This document shows positions 36,033 through 51,000 of a DNA stretch of 64,000 bases, one piece after another (the first letter of the stretch is position 1; every line of letters begins with the position of its first letter). A program made the position numbers and the translations under genes. This DNA is from Diadema antillarum (lineage: Eukaryota): contig NW_027271484.1 of the NCBI RefSeq assembly GCF_040938485.1, positions 496,001 through 560,000 on the forward strand, written 5' to 3'. Below the pieces are notes generated by a model. That model made no database searches. It saw only the letters and a program-made list of their open reading frames with translations, and was not told the DNA's origin.

Positions 36033-39000
36033 CTATTCTTCTGTTGCACTTGTTTGCTGTACACTGGATATGAGGTTACCATTTGCTTTCTTAAGGCCGG
36101 CACCATACGCACTACCTGCGACTTTGCTCTCTGCAGAGCCGACGTCTCCTGTGGGGGCAAGAGTTCTGCTGTCCTCACCATTCGTGCCCTCATGCAGGCC
36201 ATTAACAACCCCATTCCCATTAGAGAGAATGTGTCCATTTACAGGCTTTCCATTTGGTGTGACGTCACCTTTCTCTCTATCATCCACTTCTGTGTTTGGC
36301 TGTACTTCTTCTGGCATGGATGTAGCTGTTGGCTCTATCCCCTCGCTATCTGACTGCACGCCACCATTGGGATGAATCTCTTCTTCATTGTGCCGATCCC
36401 CGTTCATCTGTGGTTTACCCACACTCCCTGCCTTCACGGCATCACTCTCAGCAGTGGCAACATTCTCGTCCTCCCTTCCCTTGTCCTCTTCTGTCTCTGT
36501 GGGATCCTGCTCCACCTCCCTGTCCTCCCAGTTCTCTGCGACGTCGACGTCCTGGTCGTCGTCGTTGCTCTCCTTCTGGTATGATGTCGCTCCTTCTGAC
36601 AAAGCCTCCGCCTTTTCCCGCCACTCGGCACAGAATGAGAGGGTGTTCTCCAGGATACGTCTCTCGCACAAGAAGAGCTGAGTGATGGATCGTTCATGGA
36701 AGTTCATGTTGGTCTCCTTCAACCTCTCTTCATATTCCTGGAAAGAAGAAATCATACAATCGTGTTTAGTCATCGACTGGACATGCATGCTTAGTATAAA
36801 TCTATTTCATCTGCATACTGTAACTTATTTCAAGAAGATAGTTAACTTGTAATTTTTTAGAATTCCCCCCCCCCAACAAAAAAAAAAGCAAACAAACAAA
36901 ATAGATCTACAGAACCTGAAGGGAAAATGTTCCCCTGGTGTAAAACTTGATGTATTACTTGCATGAGCATGTCAGGTGAACATGAACAAAGTGGGTAGAC
37001 TGGTACAGATCATGAACTTGACTATTCTTTAAGAAAAAAAAAAGATGAAACAATAACAATACACTGACAGTATTGAAACATTTTTTACATCAAGGAATGA
37101 ACCTTGGTTCACAGTGCTAATTATGTCTTTCTGATACGGAAGCAATCGGTAAATTAGTGTAACAAAACAAAATCCATTCACTATGGAATCTACTAATTCA
37201 AGAAGTACTTACAGGAAATAGCTTTGTTCTGTTCACAGTGGTTCTTTTGACTAAGAAGTCTCGCAATGTTTTTAAATCTGAAGTGGGTAAACATCCAACA
37301 CAAGTACTACAGTACTACTAACCTGATAACACTCATTAACCCGGTATTCAACCAAATCTGCTGTTTGGGGGAAGAGTAGTAAATGCAACTCATACTTCAT
37401 TGTCTACAACCTCCTCTATCATAAAACATACCTATGCATGTAACCAAAAAATAACCCCATACCCCAAGAGAATTATCATCACGTTACTCCTCCGTTACAC
37501 TTTTAGGATATATCTCTTGATGCCAGTGAGAGTACAGGAAGTATGCCTGAGAGAAATGAAGACGTTATTTTACTCCAAACATCAGAGTATTAGGTTGCCA
37601 TAATGATCAGGGAATATTGTGGTGGTGTTACAAAAACACACACACACACACATACAAAAGGTTGATTTTACAGAAATATATGAACCTTTGACAACACACA
37701 GATTGATGCTGTGTCAATTCACAGGGTGTTACTTTTTACATTACAGTAATTTAGTGACGGCCAGAGCATAGGCTACTCAAAAGATGGGAAGACAATAGAA
37801 AGGCCAAAAATTAGAGTCATTCTTTGTAGTCAACTCACAACTCCCATTAAAAGTGTTAGACACAATTAGTTTGCATTGATTAGCCATGGTTCAATGAGTG
37901 ACAAGAGTCACATCCACATTTGACTGAGGAGAAAATGTTCATGAGAAAAGACATCTCAGCACAGTGGTTGATTCACTGCATTAACCAAGCTGCTGCTGTA
38001 AAGAAGTAGTTAATAGTGTGTTGCAAAACATGCAGACTAATTGTGTGAGATCCTATATGCTGGTACTTAACAATCTTTTTTTTCCTTTCCTTTTTTGTTC
38101 AAAGTGGATGGAAGGGGGAGGGGGAGGGATAAAAAGAAATGATAGCAAGTTCAAGACTTGTGTGTTATATTGGCACGACTAGTAAGGGGAAAAGGCAGGC
38201 ATAAGTCAGTGTGGTGAAGTTAATGAACATCCATAGAATATCATGTAAGGACAAAAGGGTCTATAGGAGAATAAACAAAATGCAATCCACTGTTATATGA
38301 TTATGGAAAGGGAATAATGTGCTACATGCAATAAGATGGATTAGAAATTATGATCACAAATGGCATATGTAAGTATCTGTCAGGAGTAGGTCAGCCGTTC
38401 TGCATCCAGGACCTTTGACAAAAGTTGTTCCATGTTACAAGGTCAGACAAAGACCATATCAGTACAATAACTAGAACAATACCTCTGGATGGTATGAGGA
38501 TTAAATATTTCACAATAGTTCAGTATTTGCTGCTACAGCATATATTTGTATTAAACAGAAACATCACCATCTGTAATTTCATAAATTACTCAGATTTCTG
38601 ATTACCATGTTTCATAAACTTTCACAAAATAGATATAGTTACCAACACCATGTACTATCGGCCCGAACTGTTTAACAGCCACAAACAGAGGATGTCATGT
38701 ACGTAATGTGTCAAGTATAACTCCAAACCCAGGCGAATAATACCACATTTGAAACAATGGGATAAAAAGATGATATGAGCAAAAGACAAAGTCAGGAAGA
38801 AAAGGCAACTTAATAGTTTACACTCATACTCCACACCCTTATGTAGAAGTATTCCTTTTAGGAAGTTAACTTGCAAGTCCTATAAGCTACATTTCTGCAG
38901 TTTGGTGCTGTATCTTTTATCATAATTTTTGTTATATATGGCCAGTACTTCACAAGGTAGAGAAAAGACTTCTCTTCATTGGAGGCCTTTGTTGTCCACA

Positions 39001-42000
39001 CTCAGTTACTTGTTTCTGTTGCAAAATTGTTAAATAGCCCCTTAATCACAAGCTTTATAACTGATTCTTAATTTGGCGTTACATTTTAGATGATCAAAAA
39101 TTCTGTTTCTCTCTCAAATTGGCAATTTTTGGTAATTTCTTTCTTTTAAAATTGTACAGATGTAATGAATATTACCAGTTCAATCTAATATATCTGCAAT
39201 ATAAAGATGTGCAGTGGAATTTGGTGCTGCCAATTTAATGATGTCATTATGATGATTTCTGAAGCAAAATTCTCCCAGGAAGGAAAAAATGCTGCTATGT
39301 ATCTTAGACAATTCACATAAGAATACCATATGGTGAATGATGAGGACCCACACAATGATATGTAACATACATCACGCTATCCAGCTAATGTATTGCGGTG
39401 CCAGCTCTCTAACATCCAATAAGGTGCATGCAAGCTGTATGACTTTGGGAATCAATGCAGAGAGATGGAGATGAAGCATGCATTAATGTAACAATCACAT
39501 CATTTGGCATTCTTGGCATTCTAGATTCAGCAAATAAGAACACCTTAATAATATTTTAAAAGAAATAACACTCAATAATTGTACGAATTAATAAAAAAAA
39601 ATAAAAATGGAAGAGCTGTTGAGGCACAGTGAATAAGACCATGAACTACATATTGTGAAATCCCTGGTTCAATCTCCTGGCAACATTGCCACATCCTTTC
39701 GAAGAAACACAAAGCTGTTGCTCCAGTGACTGCTTGCTTACAAGCACTCATTGCTTCATTAGGGAAACCATTACTGTATTATTCAAGTTAGTTGATTCAC
39801 AGGTATGCAAGGCATATTTCCATTGGTCATGCGAGGAAATATCCAAATGAACAAATTACAATGCACTTACAATTAGAAAGGACAACATAGACAATGAAGT
39901 CATTTTCTTCTTTTTGCACAGACTGTAGTGAGTCTTGATGTCTCTCTTGCTGTCAGGTCAGGTGTCTTCCAAGAACAATGTCTGCTTATTTGTCTTTTTG
40001 TTTCTTTTTTTTTTTGTTCCTTTTGGTTGGATCCTTGAACTTCAGCTGCAACCACAACTGAAATCCCTCCTAAAGCATTCACACAGTTGAAAACTAAATT
40101 TTATTCTATCAGATGGGTAGAGTGATTAAGGCAGTAACCTTCATGCTTCTCCTATTGCATGCGATAAGCACTACAGAAATGCTTTCTCTTGGTTAAGATA
40201 ATGCTTACCACCTCTAATAGTAATTTAGAAAGCATACTAAACATGCAGGAATACAAAACAACAACTGCTACATAAAGGTACAACATCTGCAAGCTGATGC
40301 CAGCTGTCACAAAGTTCAGGAATTCTTATTGTGATCCTGATATTGAAAGCAAATTTGTGTGATTTTAGTGTGACTTTTCTGTCTAAAGCGCATGGAAAAG
40401 CATGTTTTGCAAATGATAGAATAATATTGGTCATAACTGCATATAATGCATATTACATAACATCACCACTTCATAAGTCTTCCATTGATTTGTACAGTGC
40501 ATTCCCGTTATAGCAAACACAGTTCTAACAAAATTCCGGTAACAACGAAGTACAAATCAGGCCGAAACATTATCAGCTCTATGTTTTGTTCTATATTGTT
40601 CATTTGTTCGATTTTAACGAAATTTCGATATAAAGAAAGAAAATTGCCAGTCCTGAGGACTTCATTATAACGGGAGTCCCCTGTACACACAACAACACAA
40701 AATATCTTCATCTCTATAGATGACGTCAAGAAGAAAAAATCATATCCTTCACATCAAATCATTATAGAGTGGTTATTACTTCAGTATGATCTTTTCTAAG
40801 GGGAAAGGGTTGCAGTGTCTAAATCATCTCCCAAAGACACTTTTTCTATACAGCACCACTTTTATGTTCAAACTACAATTGTAGCAGGAAAGTTGTAAGG
40901 TGATGACATCATCACCTCACTTCATTTGCATATGTGATAATAAGCAAATAATCAACGTTGGTGAAGGTGATGGGACAAACTATCACTTCCGAGGCGATCT
41001 CGATGTAGCTATTTTTCCGAACCGCAGCTGAGGAAAGATAGCGTACACATTCAGATCGCCGAGGAAGTGATAGTTTGTCTCATTGCCTGAAACTAAAAGT
41101 TGATTATTTGCTTTATATTCCACATCTAGGGTCCTAGAAATTCCCATTTTATTCCACATCTGAAACCATTTTAGCTGTCTTTAGGTATCCTTAGGGCTTA
41201 GGATACGTGTGCGCGTAGATGACAAAACAATGAATTTGCTGCGCGCACCGTACGGCACTGAAGTGAAAGTGCATTGCCCTGTGTACTATCAAGCGACCTA
41301 GTTAAATGATAGTCCACAGTGCAACGCACTTTTATTTCGCACATACTCATCTCGCGTTAAGACTGTATGGGCTGCCAGAGATCAGCAAAACAAACAGCCG
41401 TCTTTATAGATGACAAAACAATGAATTTGCTGCGCGCACCGCGCGACACTGAAGGGAAAGTGCAATGCACTGTGTACTATCAAGTGACCTAGTTCTTCTC
41501 AGGTGATGTGATGGGCAAAACTACGCTTTATCACGTGATCAGCTCTTGACCAATCCTATACCAAGATTCTTAGTATGTGGAATATAACAACTAATATCAC
41601 TGTTTCATGAAAACATGAGAAACTTCCTGAATTTCCAGATTTTGTGTGCATTCTAATACTTTCCCTCTTTGTTTGATTGAATGCCATGTAGTGAAGGCAT
41701 ATAAAACATGGAGTGGCATTTCACCATGGATGTCATGCCGACAGGAAAAAACCAGCAAACACTATTAAAGAGTTCTTCAACTGAGGCCCGCTGTATTTCC
41801 ACAATATTCCAGGCTGCAAGAAAAACAGTAAATTTAAACCAGTAGTACTATCAATCACCTAGTAAGACAGCATGAAGTGTGTTTGCCTCAACAGTGGACA
41901 GCTACACGATACACCTCATTGCAAAATCATTACAAGCAAGTATGGAAGCACTAAATGAAGAGACTGACTGTGCAGCTAATTTGAAATTAAATTGGTAGGT

Positions 42001-45000
42001 GACACAATGTGAAGGACACACAGCACACTCCACTGCAAAGAGCACATAGAGAAATGCAAGATTTAACCTCTTAGCATTAAACAGGCTTCATTGAAATGAC
42101 TGGTACTTGTATCATTAGTCCTGTGATATACGCTCACACACTCTGGATGGCAAATAGCTGCAGACAGTATGTCATCAGCCGACTATTAATGCATGTATTG
42201 CCGTCTCTTATCTTTTCAACCTACCTCTATGGACGACTTGTACTGGCGGAGGAGCAGCGTCACTCGCGTCGCAAGGTAGACACAGATGCGAAGTTCGTTC
42301 AGCTTGCTGACGATCTTTGACCTGTCGACCAGGCTGAACAGGAGATCGTTCCTGTCCGCTCCTACCAGTCTCTCCTTCAGTTCAACTGAGATTGGAATGG
42401 AGAGACAGACAGACAGACAGTCAGACAGACAGACAGGCAGGCAGACAGACAGACAGACAGAGAGATTATTGAAAAACAATAACACTGCATATTGAGACTG
42501 TCTGCACACACACGTCGTGTGTTGTGTAGTTTGATACGTCTGGTAGGATGTTATGTGTGAATCTAATCTAGCATTCATCAGCCTCAAAACTCTCATAAGG
42601 GCCTGCTGGGCTAAGGAGCAAACCATGGATTCATCTTTGCAGAAAAAGAAAAAAACACACATCTCATTGACATTGAATAACTGGATTTGTTTTCAAGGGC
42701 AAATAAAAACACATTTGATGTCAATTTGTTATTTGTCATTTTATTTTTGATTTTTTATTTTTTGATAAAGCTGATCATGCAGAAAGAGTTACTTAACCTA
42801 CATATTCACTCTTGGGTTTGTACTATTTGATTTAATAAAGGGACAGTTTTTTTTTCATGCTTGCTTTTCATACTCCTCAGATATTATATCATCAATTAGT
42901 GCTCTGTAAAATGTGAAAAATAGCTTCATTCTTACAGGAGAAAAATAAAATCAAGATTTTTGCCTACGTCAAGCATGAAGGGAACACGCATCCCACTACT
43001 TTACCCCTCACCTTCAGACATGCAGAAGATCTTGAGGAAGTTCATGAGTGGAAGGGGGACAGGATCCTCACCGCTGGAGATGTGGAACGTCTGCATAGAT
43101 CTGCACAACCAATATTGGTATTGTAGTTGAAAGGTTACAGAAGTAGAATTCATCAGGTTACTTTTTATTTTGCAAATTTGTCTGGTGTTTGGGCATCAAA
43201 TAAAATACAAGAATTATAATTCGATAGTAGTATTCATAGAAGTGGTAGTAGCAATAATGATACCGGTCATAATACTAATGATCTAGATGGTGAAAATTAC
43301 CTGAAAAAGTTCATGATGACAAAAATACTGGTAATTATATAAATAATGCTAGCAGAAGTAGTAGTATAATATCAATAACTACATTTATAATTATAATATG
43401 TTAATAATAACAATACTAACAAAAATTATAATATCATTAATGATAAAAAAACACAATAACAATAGCAAACATTACCATATAAGTGTGAGAAATTGTAACA
43501 AGTACCACCATCAGTATCATTAAATCAATAGCAGTATGAAATAAAACCCTTAGACGCAGCAATGAAGTTGAAATAGAGGGCATCTGTGACAGACCTACCC
43601 AAGGCATCTTATGATGGCACAGAGTTGAGCCTTCATGGCATACAGCCTGTCACTACTACTCAGGCCCAGCTGGATGGCCATGCTGTCGCAGGAGTTGTCC
43701 GGGTACACAAAGCCACTGTAGAGCAGTAGATCGGCATTGGAACGGCGACCATAGCAGATGTAGATTTGTTCCCTGGCCTTGAAATCTGCCATGGCCATGT
43801 TCACGCAGGCATCCCGCTCCTGGTCGAAGTCTGTTTTCATCTTTTGGTAAAACACATAGACACATAGGAGAGTGGTGGTTATTCCTCTGTTTACTATGAC
43901 TTGCTGCAACCTTTTCCTTGAATTTGTATGGCCCACACAGCTCGTTTATATTACACTCCTGACAGCATACAGCATTAACAGGATAAAATCAGCAGTTTCC
44001 CAACTGATTGCATAAAGTGAGTATCCAAAGGTAACACGCACCTTAACAGCAAGTCCCAACCACAATCGACAGGTAATAAAATATATTGAATTGTAATCGC
44101 AATGCATGATTCCATCAATGATTCCTGTGATAACATCTTGAATTCTGCATTTAAAAAAACCAACAACAAAAAAAAAATTATCAAAATGGATGTACAACCT
44201 CTAATTATTATATCAGACGATGTTGTCTGCTGTTCTCTTTGTAATACCAATTACAGCTTATGGAAAGAAAAAAACAACAACAAAATGAATCTAGTGAGAT
44301 GTGGATCTATTATGTACTTTTCTTCAATATCTATATCACCTAAATTACAGGAGAACCTGTAAGACAAAAATTCAACTTTTTTTTTAAATTCATTTTTACT
44401 ATAAATACATTTCGATTTTTTTTTTTTCAATAACAAATTCTTCTATGTCTTGCCGGCCATGTCGTAGATGGTTCCATTGTCCTTACCTCACCATTGGCAT
44501 GGTTACACATGTCCCACAGAGGGATGAGAGCCAGAGAGGGCACCATTCCATCTTGGGACGGAATCTGATTCTGTCTTGACATGACTGTTGCAACGGCCCA
44601 TCTATAATGGTGGAGAAAGAAATAAAGTCAACAGAATGGTTCGTGTCTTCCTCAGTCATATCATTGCCATCCTGTTTTATGCCCACAAGTATCACATCAG
44701 GAACAATTTGTGTCATGCACCACTGACAAAGGCCAATCCCAATATGAAACACTGGTGTGAAAATGTTTCTTTTCTAAACATTTAGTTCTGAGAAGTCATG
44801 CAAACAATTGCTTCCGACCACAAACCAACTAATTTTTAATATTTGTAGCATCAAGAATCACTACCTACTTCAGAGAGTACAGGCAAGCTGTCTTACTTTT
44901 GATATGTTTCATAACAAAAGAGTTATTCTAACTTCCCATGCTTCATTTCAGATATATTGGTAGATTAAACAGACATACCTATACATGTCATATGTAAATG

Positions 45001-48000
45001 CTTCCCTCAGATGCAGCTTGCTGTATTCAGGAACCTGAAAATAGGATTGACAGACTTAATGATTAACAAAAGCTTCATACTACTACAGAAGACAAGAGTA
45101 GTTGCCAAGGAGACAGCAAAACAAAATATTATATTATGGGCAGTAGGAGTGACATATATTTCACTCTTACTCAAGAAAATGAATTGGGATATAAACAGAA
45201 CTACATGCACATTATAGCCAAGTTACATACATATCTGAATCAATTTGTGTGAAGCCAAGCATATTGATTTTAACAAGTCAATGAATATGCGTATACACAC
45301 AGCATATAAGAGCTGATGAAAAATGAAGTGAGACTACAGTGTATCATCACTTCAACTGTAATGCACTGTGGAAAAATCATGTTCAGTTAAATTTGACCCC
45401 TGACCTCCTGTAAATCATCTTTCTGGACAGGTACAAACTTCATTACTGTCCTCACTAACATCTGTATAAACACATGCAGTATCATAGCATTTCTCTGATA
45501 TAATTTGGTTGGCATGCTTCTAATACATTGATTGGAAGCACAAAGATTAAACCAGTGCTTCTCTTTGATATGCAATGTACTAAGGAAGTCTAATGTGATG
45601 AAATCAACCACAAAAAGAACCCATAAATCAATGTCAACTCACAATGTCTATCCATGATATCAATTTCATTTCGCTTAAAAAAAACCCTAGAAATGTTGCT
45701 ATGGCGACTGATGCCTCCGCCATAATGCATGATTCTCCCAATAGGCGTATAGTACAATGTCTTCACAATGTGTGATCCATGACAGTTTCACATAACTGGC
45801 AAAATATTGAAATGACTGGTTTGTCAGAAATGTCTTGAACTGGGTTTGCTATAATTTTCTAAGAGTGCAGGTGCACATATTTGGGGAATTTTGGGGAAGT
45901 TTATGCATTGAGTAATTTCCAAGGTATGAAGAAAGAGTGTGATGACGGTACAAAATAGATATTATTATTTTTTTTTTTGGGGGGGGGGGGAAGGCATTGA
46001 AACCTGGCCTTTGACCCTTAACCTTTGACCTTTTGGTTTGAAATTTCCTGGAGAATCTCCATTAGGTAATGCATGTATTAAGTTTTGAAACTAATAATGC
46101 AAGCATTGCATATACTAGTATATGAGGGAAATAGTAAAATTTTGAGGAGTTGACCTTGACCTTTGACCCCTGACTATTGACCCATGTCCCCTAAATTCCC
46201 TAGATAATCCCTGCCAGACAGTACATGCGTATGTACCAAGTTCCACGAAGATACATTGAACCATTTGCGAGAAAAGTGATATTGCAACATTTTCACCTAA
46301 CCTTTGACCTTTTGACCTTTGACCTTATGACATGAAACTCTCTCTGGAGAATCTTTACGCAGTAGTACATGTTCACACCAAGTTTCAAGAAAATACCTTT
46401 GGGCATTGCATAGATAAGGGGAAAATTGCAACATTTGTAGCATTTGACCTTGACCTTTTGACCTTTGGCCTCTCGCCAATGTCACTAAAATCTACTCAAC
46501 TAATTGTCCCATCATACATCATCCTTGGACCAAGTTTGGTGAAAGCTGCTTCATCCAGTTTTGAGTTTATATCACGTAAACAGATAAATTTTAAGATTTG
46601 ACCTTGATCTTTGACCTTTAGCTGATTTCACCCCAAATCTAATCAAATAATTGCCCCATCATACTTCATACTTGGACCAAGTTTGGTAAAATTCCAGTAA
46701 ATATTACTCAAGTTATCGCGTAAACGAAAGCGGACGGACGTACGTACGGACGGACAACCCGAAAACATAATGCCTCTGGCACCACTTCGTGGCGGAGGCA
46801 TAAAAATAGTTTCTACTACTAAAGAACTGAATTCCCTAAAAGAGAACAAGGAAAAGCAATACTCAGATATTTCTTGTGGATCATGTGTCATAAAAAGGAT
46901 ACTGGCACTTGTGTCAAGCACAACAGATTGTGCCACTGACCTTGCTCATCTACACGAAGCTGAAGAAATGTGAATTTTTTTTTTAATGACAGGGAAGCAT
47001 CCATGCTCCTATTACAGCACTTTGACTTGGCAACTGCTGGCCGGGCCTGACGTTAATACACACTTGCAATTAACTTGCAATTCACAATTGTTGTAGAAGC
47101 TGATAAAGATCATGGGGTGCTCTAGGTGCATACAGTATATCTACAAAAACTGCTGTGTTCGACCAGTATGTCTAACATGTATAGCTACCAGTAATGTTGT
47201 TTCTATAAATAACCACATACGACAAAAATGTTGGAAGTATCACAGACAATCTCTAATATCCACTGTCATCACTATTGCAGTGCCCTTTATGACAGTTGCA
47301 TTACTTACACTGAAGAGTTTGTAGAGGTAGGCATACTGCCTGGCAATGCTCTTGTGCTGCTTCAATGTCTCACCTGGATGGAAGAGAAGCACAGCGAAAC
47401 AGGACCTTGCCATTGGCAATTACGGTCAATAAAATTTCAACGCTGCTCTGCAAAATGTAAATGGAGTTATCTTCATGGTAATTCCTACTTCTGAGACCAC
47501 ATGCTGCAAGTATAATTTCAAAAAGACCTGCAACAGACATGTAGACTGTGTCTTTTGAATAAACCACCTTGGTAACAATTCATGTGAGAATCCCACATTA
47601 TACAACCTCCTACCACCCATGAATGCTTGCCTATTCTGCTGTATCCATGCATTAATGCCAATAGACTTGTCTGTCATACAGCATGATCTCAGAATTAGGA
47701 TGCAACCATTGATCCTCCACCTTAGATGCATCAGTATGTACCTGAAAAAGAGAGCTAACAAGCTTTTCTCTGTCATTGTCTAAGCAATTCTGTAGGAGTC
47801 ACATAGAATGTTTTTCTCAAGTGCTCTCCACATCATTCCAATTCATTCATTATTTACAAACTGCTGCTCACAAAAGGTATGGAGTTTCTGTATTGTTTCT
47901 CTGAGAATATGCACCTCACAATGCTCATTAACATCTCCGTGAAAATGTATCATTTAGTGGCATTTTAGCGGCGATTTATCTGTGTTGTATTGAGCATTAG

Positions 48001-51000
48001 CAAAGTCTGGAGGGGGAACCCCCCCCCCCCCCCCCCCCCCCCCGAAAAGCGCATATACATGTCGTATGTTCCCATATAAATATTGATCCCTGACAAGTGT
48101 GAGGAAATTCCTAGTGAGAACCCTGATTCCACAATGTGTAATGAACCTTGAACTTTGACACTGCCCTCTTAGCCCAAAACTTGGATGAATTCTTTAAAAC
48201 ACACACACTCACAACATGCCACATATAATTTCACTGTAAAGTTGGGTTGAGAACATATGAGTTATCCTCTAAACATGTACAGTAATTCTGTACAAAAGAA
48301 TGTATGGATAGATGGACAGACAGTCCTCCCCATAACAAACAAGATAAAACAATTAGAAAACAAACACTTCTATCACAGTCATAATTATAATAATCTCTCT
48401 TTTGTTTGTTTGTTTGTTTGTTTGTTTGTTTGTTTTTGTTAGTAAGCAACGACAACATATAATGCAAAATGAATACAGGATACAGGACATAAGAATACCT
48501 GCAAGTTGCAGGAACAAGACAGTAGTACAATTTTCTCTCTCTCTCAGATGCAGAGGGTAAGAAGCTGACAAGACTGAGATACAAGCACAAAATTGTAGGA
48601 GGAAAAATGAATTCATTGTCAATGAAATTCTAGCTTACTGTAGACAGGTGACCCCTGCAGCATCTGCAGCTCTGCCAGGTTGAAATACAGAGGGAGACTG
48701 TAGGTTGCAGGCAGGATGTCTGGGTAACAAAAGGCTAAGGACTGTTGCATTTTTCTTTTTTCTTTTTTAACAGAGAACAGGTGTTTGGCATAATATACAA
48801 ACACTGCATTCAATTTCTGAACAAATGCTTTGTGAAAAGGTCATGATATTCATCAGAAAGGGCATGAATATTCTAATGCATAAAAGTTGTTGATGTGTAT
48901 CAAATACGTCTCAAAGGCATATCATGTTTTAACATTCCAGTAATGATACTTTCAGTTTGCTGAAAAAAAAAAAAAAATCTGACAGGACATCATCTATTTG
49001 TATCTTGTTTGCACATCACAGTGACAATAATACCCTTGATCACGGCATGATAATCTTCAGATGTGGCAATGTGGCAGTGGCATTTCAGGTAAACAAAGGA
49101 TACTCAAGTAGGGGTGGAAGAAGGAATTTGGCTTCAGTTTCTCGTTGATCAGGAAGATGGCCAGTCTGACGTTTGCCATTCCCTTCAGCAGTCGGTCTGT
49201 TTTCATCAGTTCACCTGTTGGATCGCAAAATGTTATCATATTTTTAAAGGCATTATATACCATTTGCAGATGAAACAAAAACCCATATTTAGTGTTTCAA
49301 AATAGTTCTAAAATGTGAGTTAGGGATAGAAACAACCAATGTAAAAATTTGAATCAGTATAATTAATGATAAGTATTGTTGAATGTACAAAATGTGACCA
49401 ACAGTTATGATAAAAATGTTTATAGACTAAACCGTTTACAGTTACGGTTAAGTGAGAAAAATAGTGATATCTCCTTATATTTTAGGCTTTACTGTAAAAT
49501 TTTACATGGTAGGATGTTTTGTGATACACTGACCTAAACATAATATTATGCATCAATTGTGATATCTTGAACACTTTTTTAATAACTGCTCCCAATGTTA
49601 AACAGTACCTTTAAAAACTGTGGTTCTTCAAAATGATCAGTACTTTTGAATTAATTATTCTTGATTTGCACTAGCTTGTACTCAGTAGCTGTTTTATCTG
49701 ACATTTCAATTTTAGGGTAAGATTTACAAAACTACAGTCCTTGAATCTTCATAGAAGCTTGCCTGTGGGTATAGTTTGGCGCATCATTCACATTTGTATC
49801 ATTTGGCCTTTGCAAGTGAGTACATGTATATGGGTTTGTTTTACACTCTAGATTACACATTGTCTTCTCACTGGACCATGCTTAACTGTGCCATCTGCAC
49901 AATTCATTTGCACCGTGCCTATTTAATGTGGCCATCCCTCTAAAAACAAACAACACAAACAAACAAAAATAGCTCAGAGGAATCAGGAAGTGTTATCATG
50001 CAAGCTTTCCATGCCAGTGGGAGCTAAAAACAAGAAGGTAAAAAAAAAAAGTATACAGTTAAGGAAATGGGTGACAGCTTTAAACACTTCAACATCATGT
50101 GTTTTTGTTTTTGTAGGACTTTAATGTGTTTACACAACTTATCCGGTATTGAGTGAAAGGAAAAAAACAGATCATCATGGGAATGCTTCATGGAGATCTG
50201 ACCTACTGCCCAAATCACAGTCATACAGAACATAATACAGTGTAATTTCATTGTTCATGACCAAAATCACATATGATTTAAGTCATATCCCCCCCCCAAA
50301 AAAAAAAAAAATAATAAAAAAAAAAAATATATATATACATACATATATAAATGAAACAAAAGCGACAAACAAGCGATAATTTAACAACTGTGACACAATA
50401 TCAACAAAAGGTACAACAGTTTGAATGTTTCATGATTTCACATGGTCATTTTTGTCTTCTGACTATAAATTTGCTTGAATAAAACTCCTACATGAACAAA
50501 TTTGGTTTTTTTTACAATGCTCACTGGATGCTGTACTGGTGTACTAACATTGAAGTGGTGGTCATAACATAGTGGTAAACTTGCTAGGAAGCATCACTGC
50601 ATATAATTCATACAATTCAAAATCCTTTTCTCTTTGAGGCAAGAATTCCTTTACAGTCTGCCTCATGAAAATGATCCTTCCTGGGATCGTTTGGAGTCCT
50701 TTTTTTTTTCTTTGTTATTCAAGGCTATGTCAGCACTCTCCAAACATTTTTCTTCTGACACACAAGAGAAATCACAATACTATGTACATTTACTTTTTCA
50801 CTACAAAAAGAAGTAGATGGAAACCAGCTGACACAACAAATTATGTGATACAAACTCAGTTATTGTGTATAGTGTCCTAATTGTTGGTGCTCTTTCTTGC
50901 CTGATTTTTATCCGGGCAAAATCCTGGTTGGTGCTTCAATATACCCTGGGGATTCTTTTGGTTTCAAACATAGTTCAGATGGGGGCTTTGACACTATAAC

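Noticed and set aside
36054-36697. Stack of overlapping ORFs on both strands
   Set aside because: Alternative frames of the GC-richer SETD3 last exon.
39612-39690. Functional tRNA gene
   Set aside because: Only degenerate A and B boxes; no acceptor or anticodon stems could be built.
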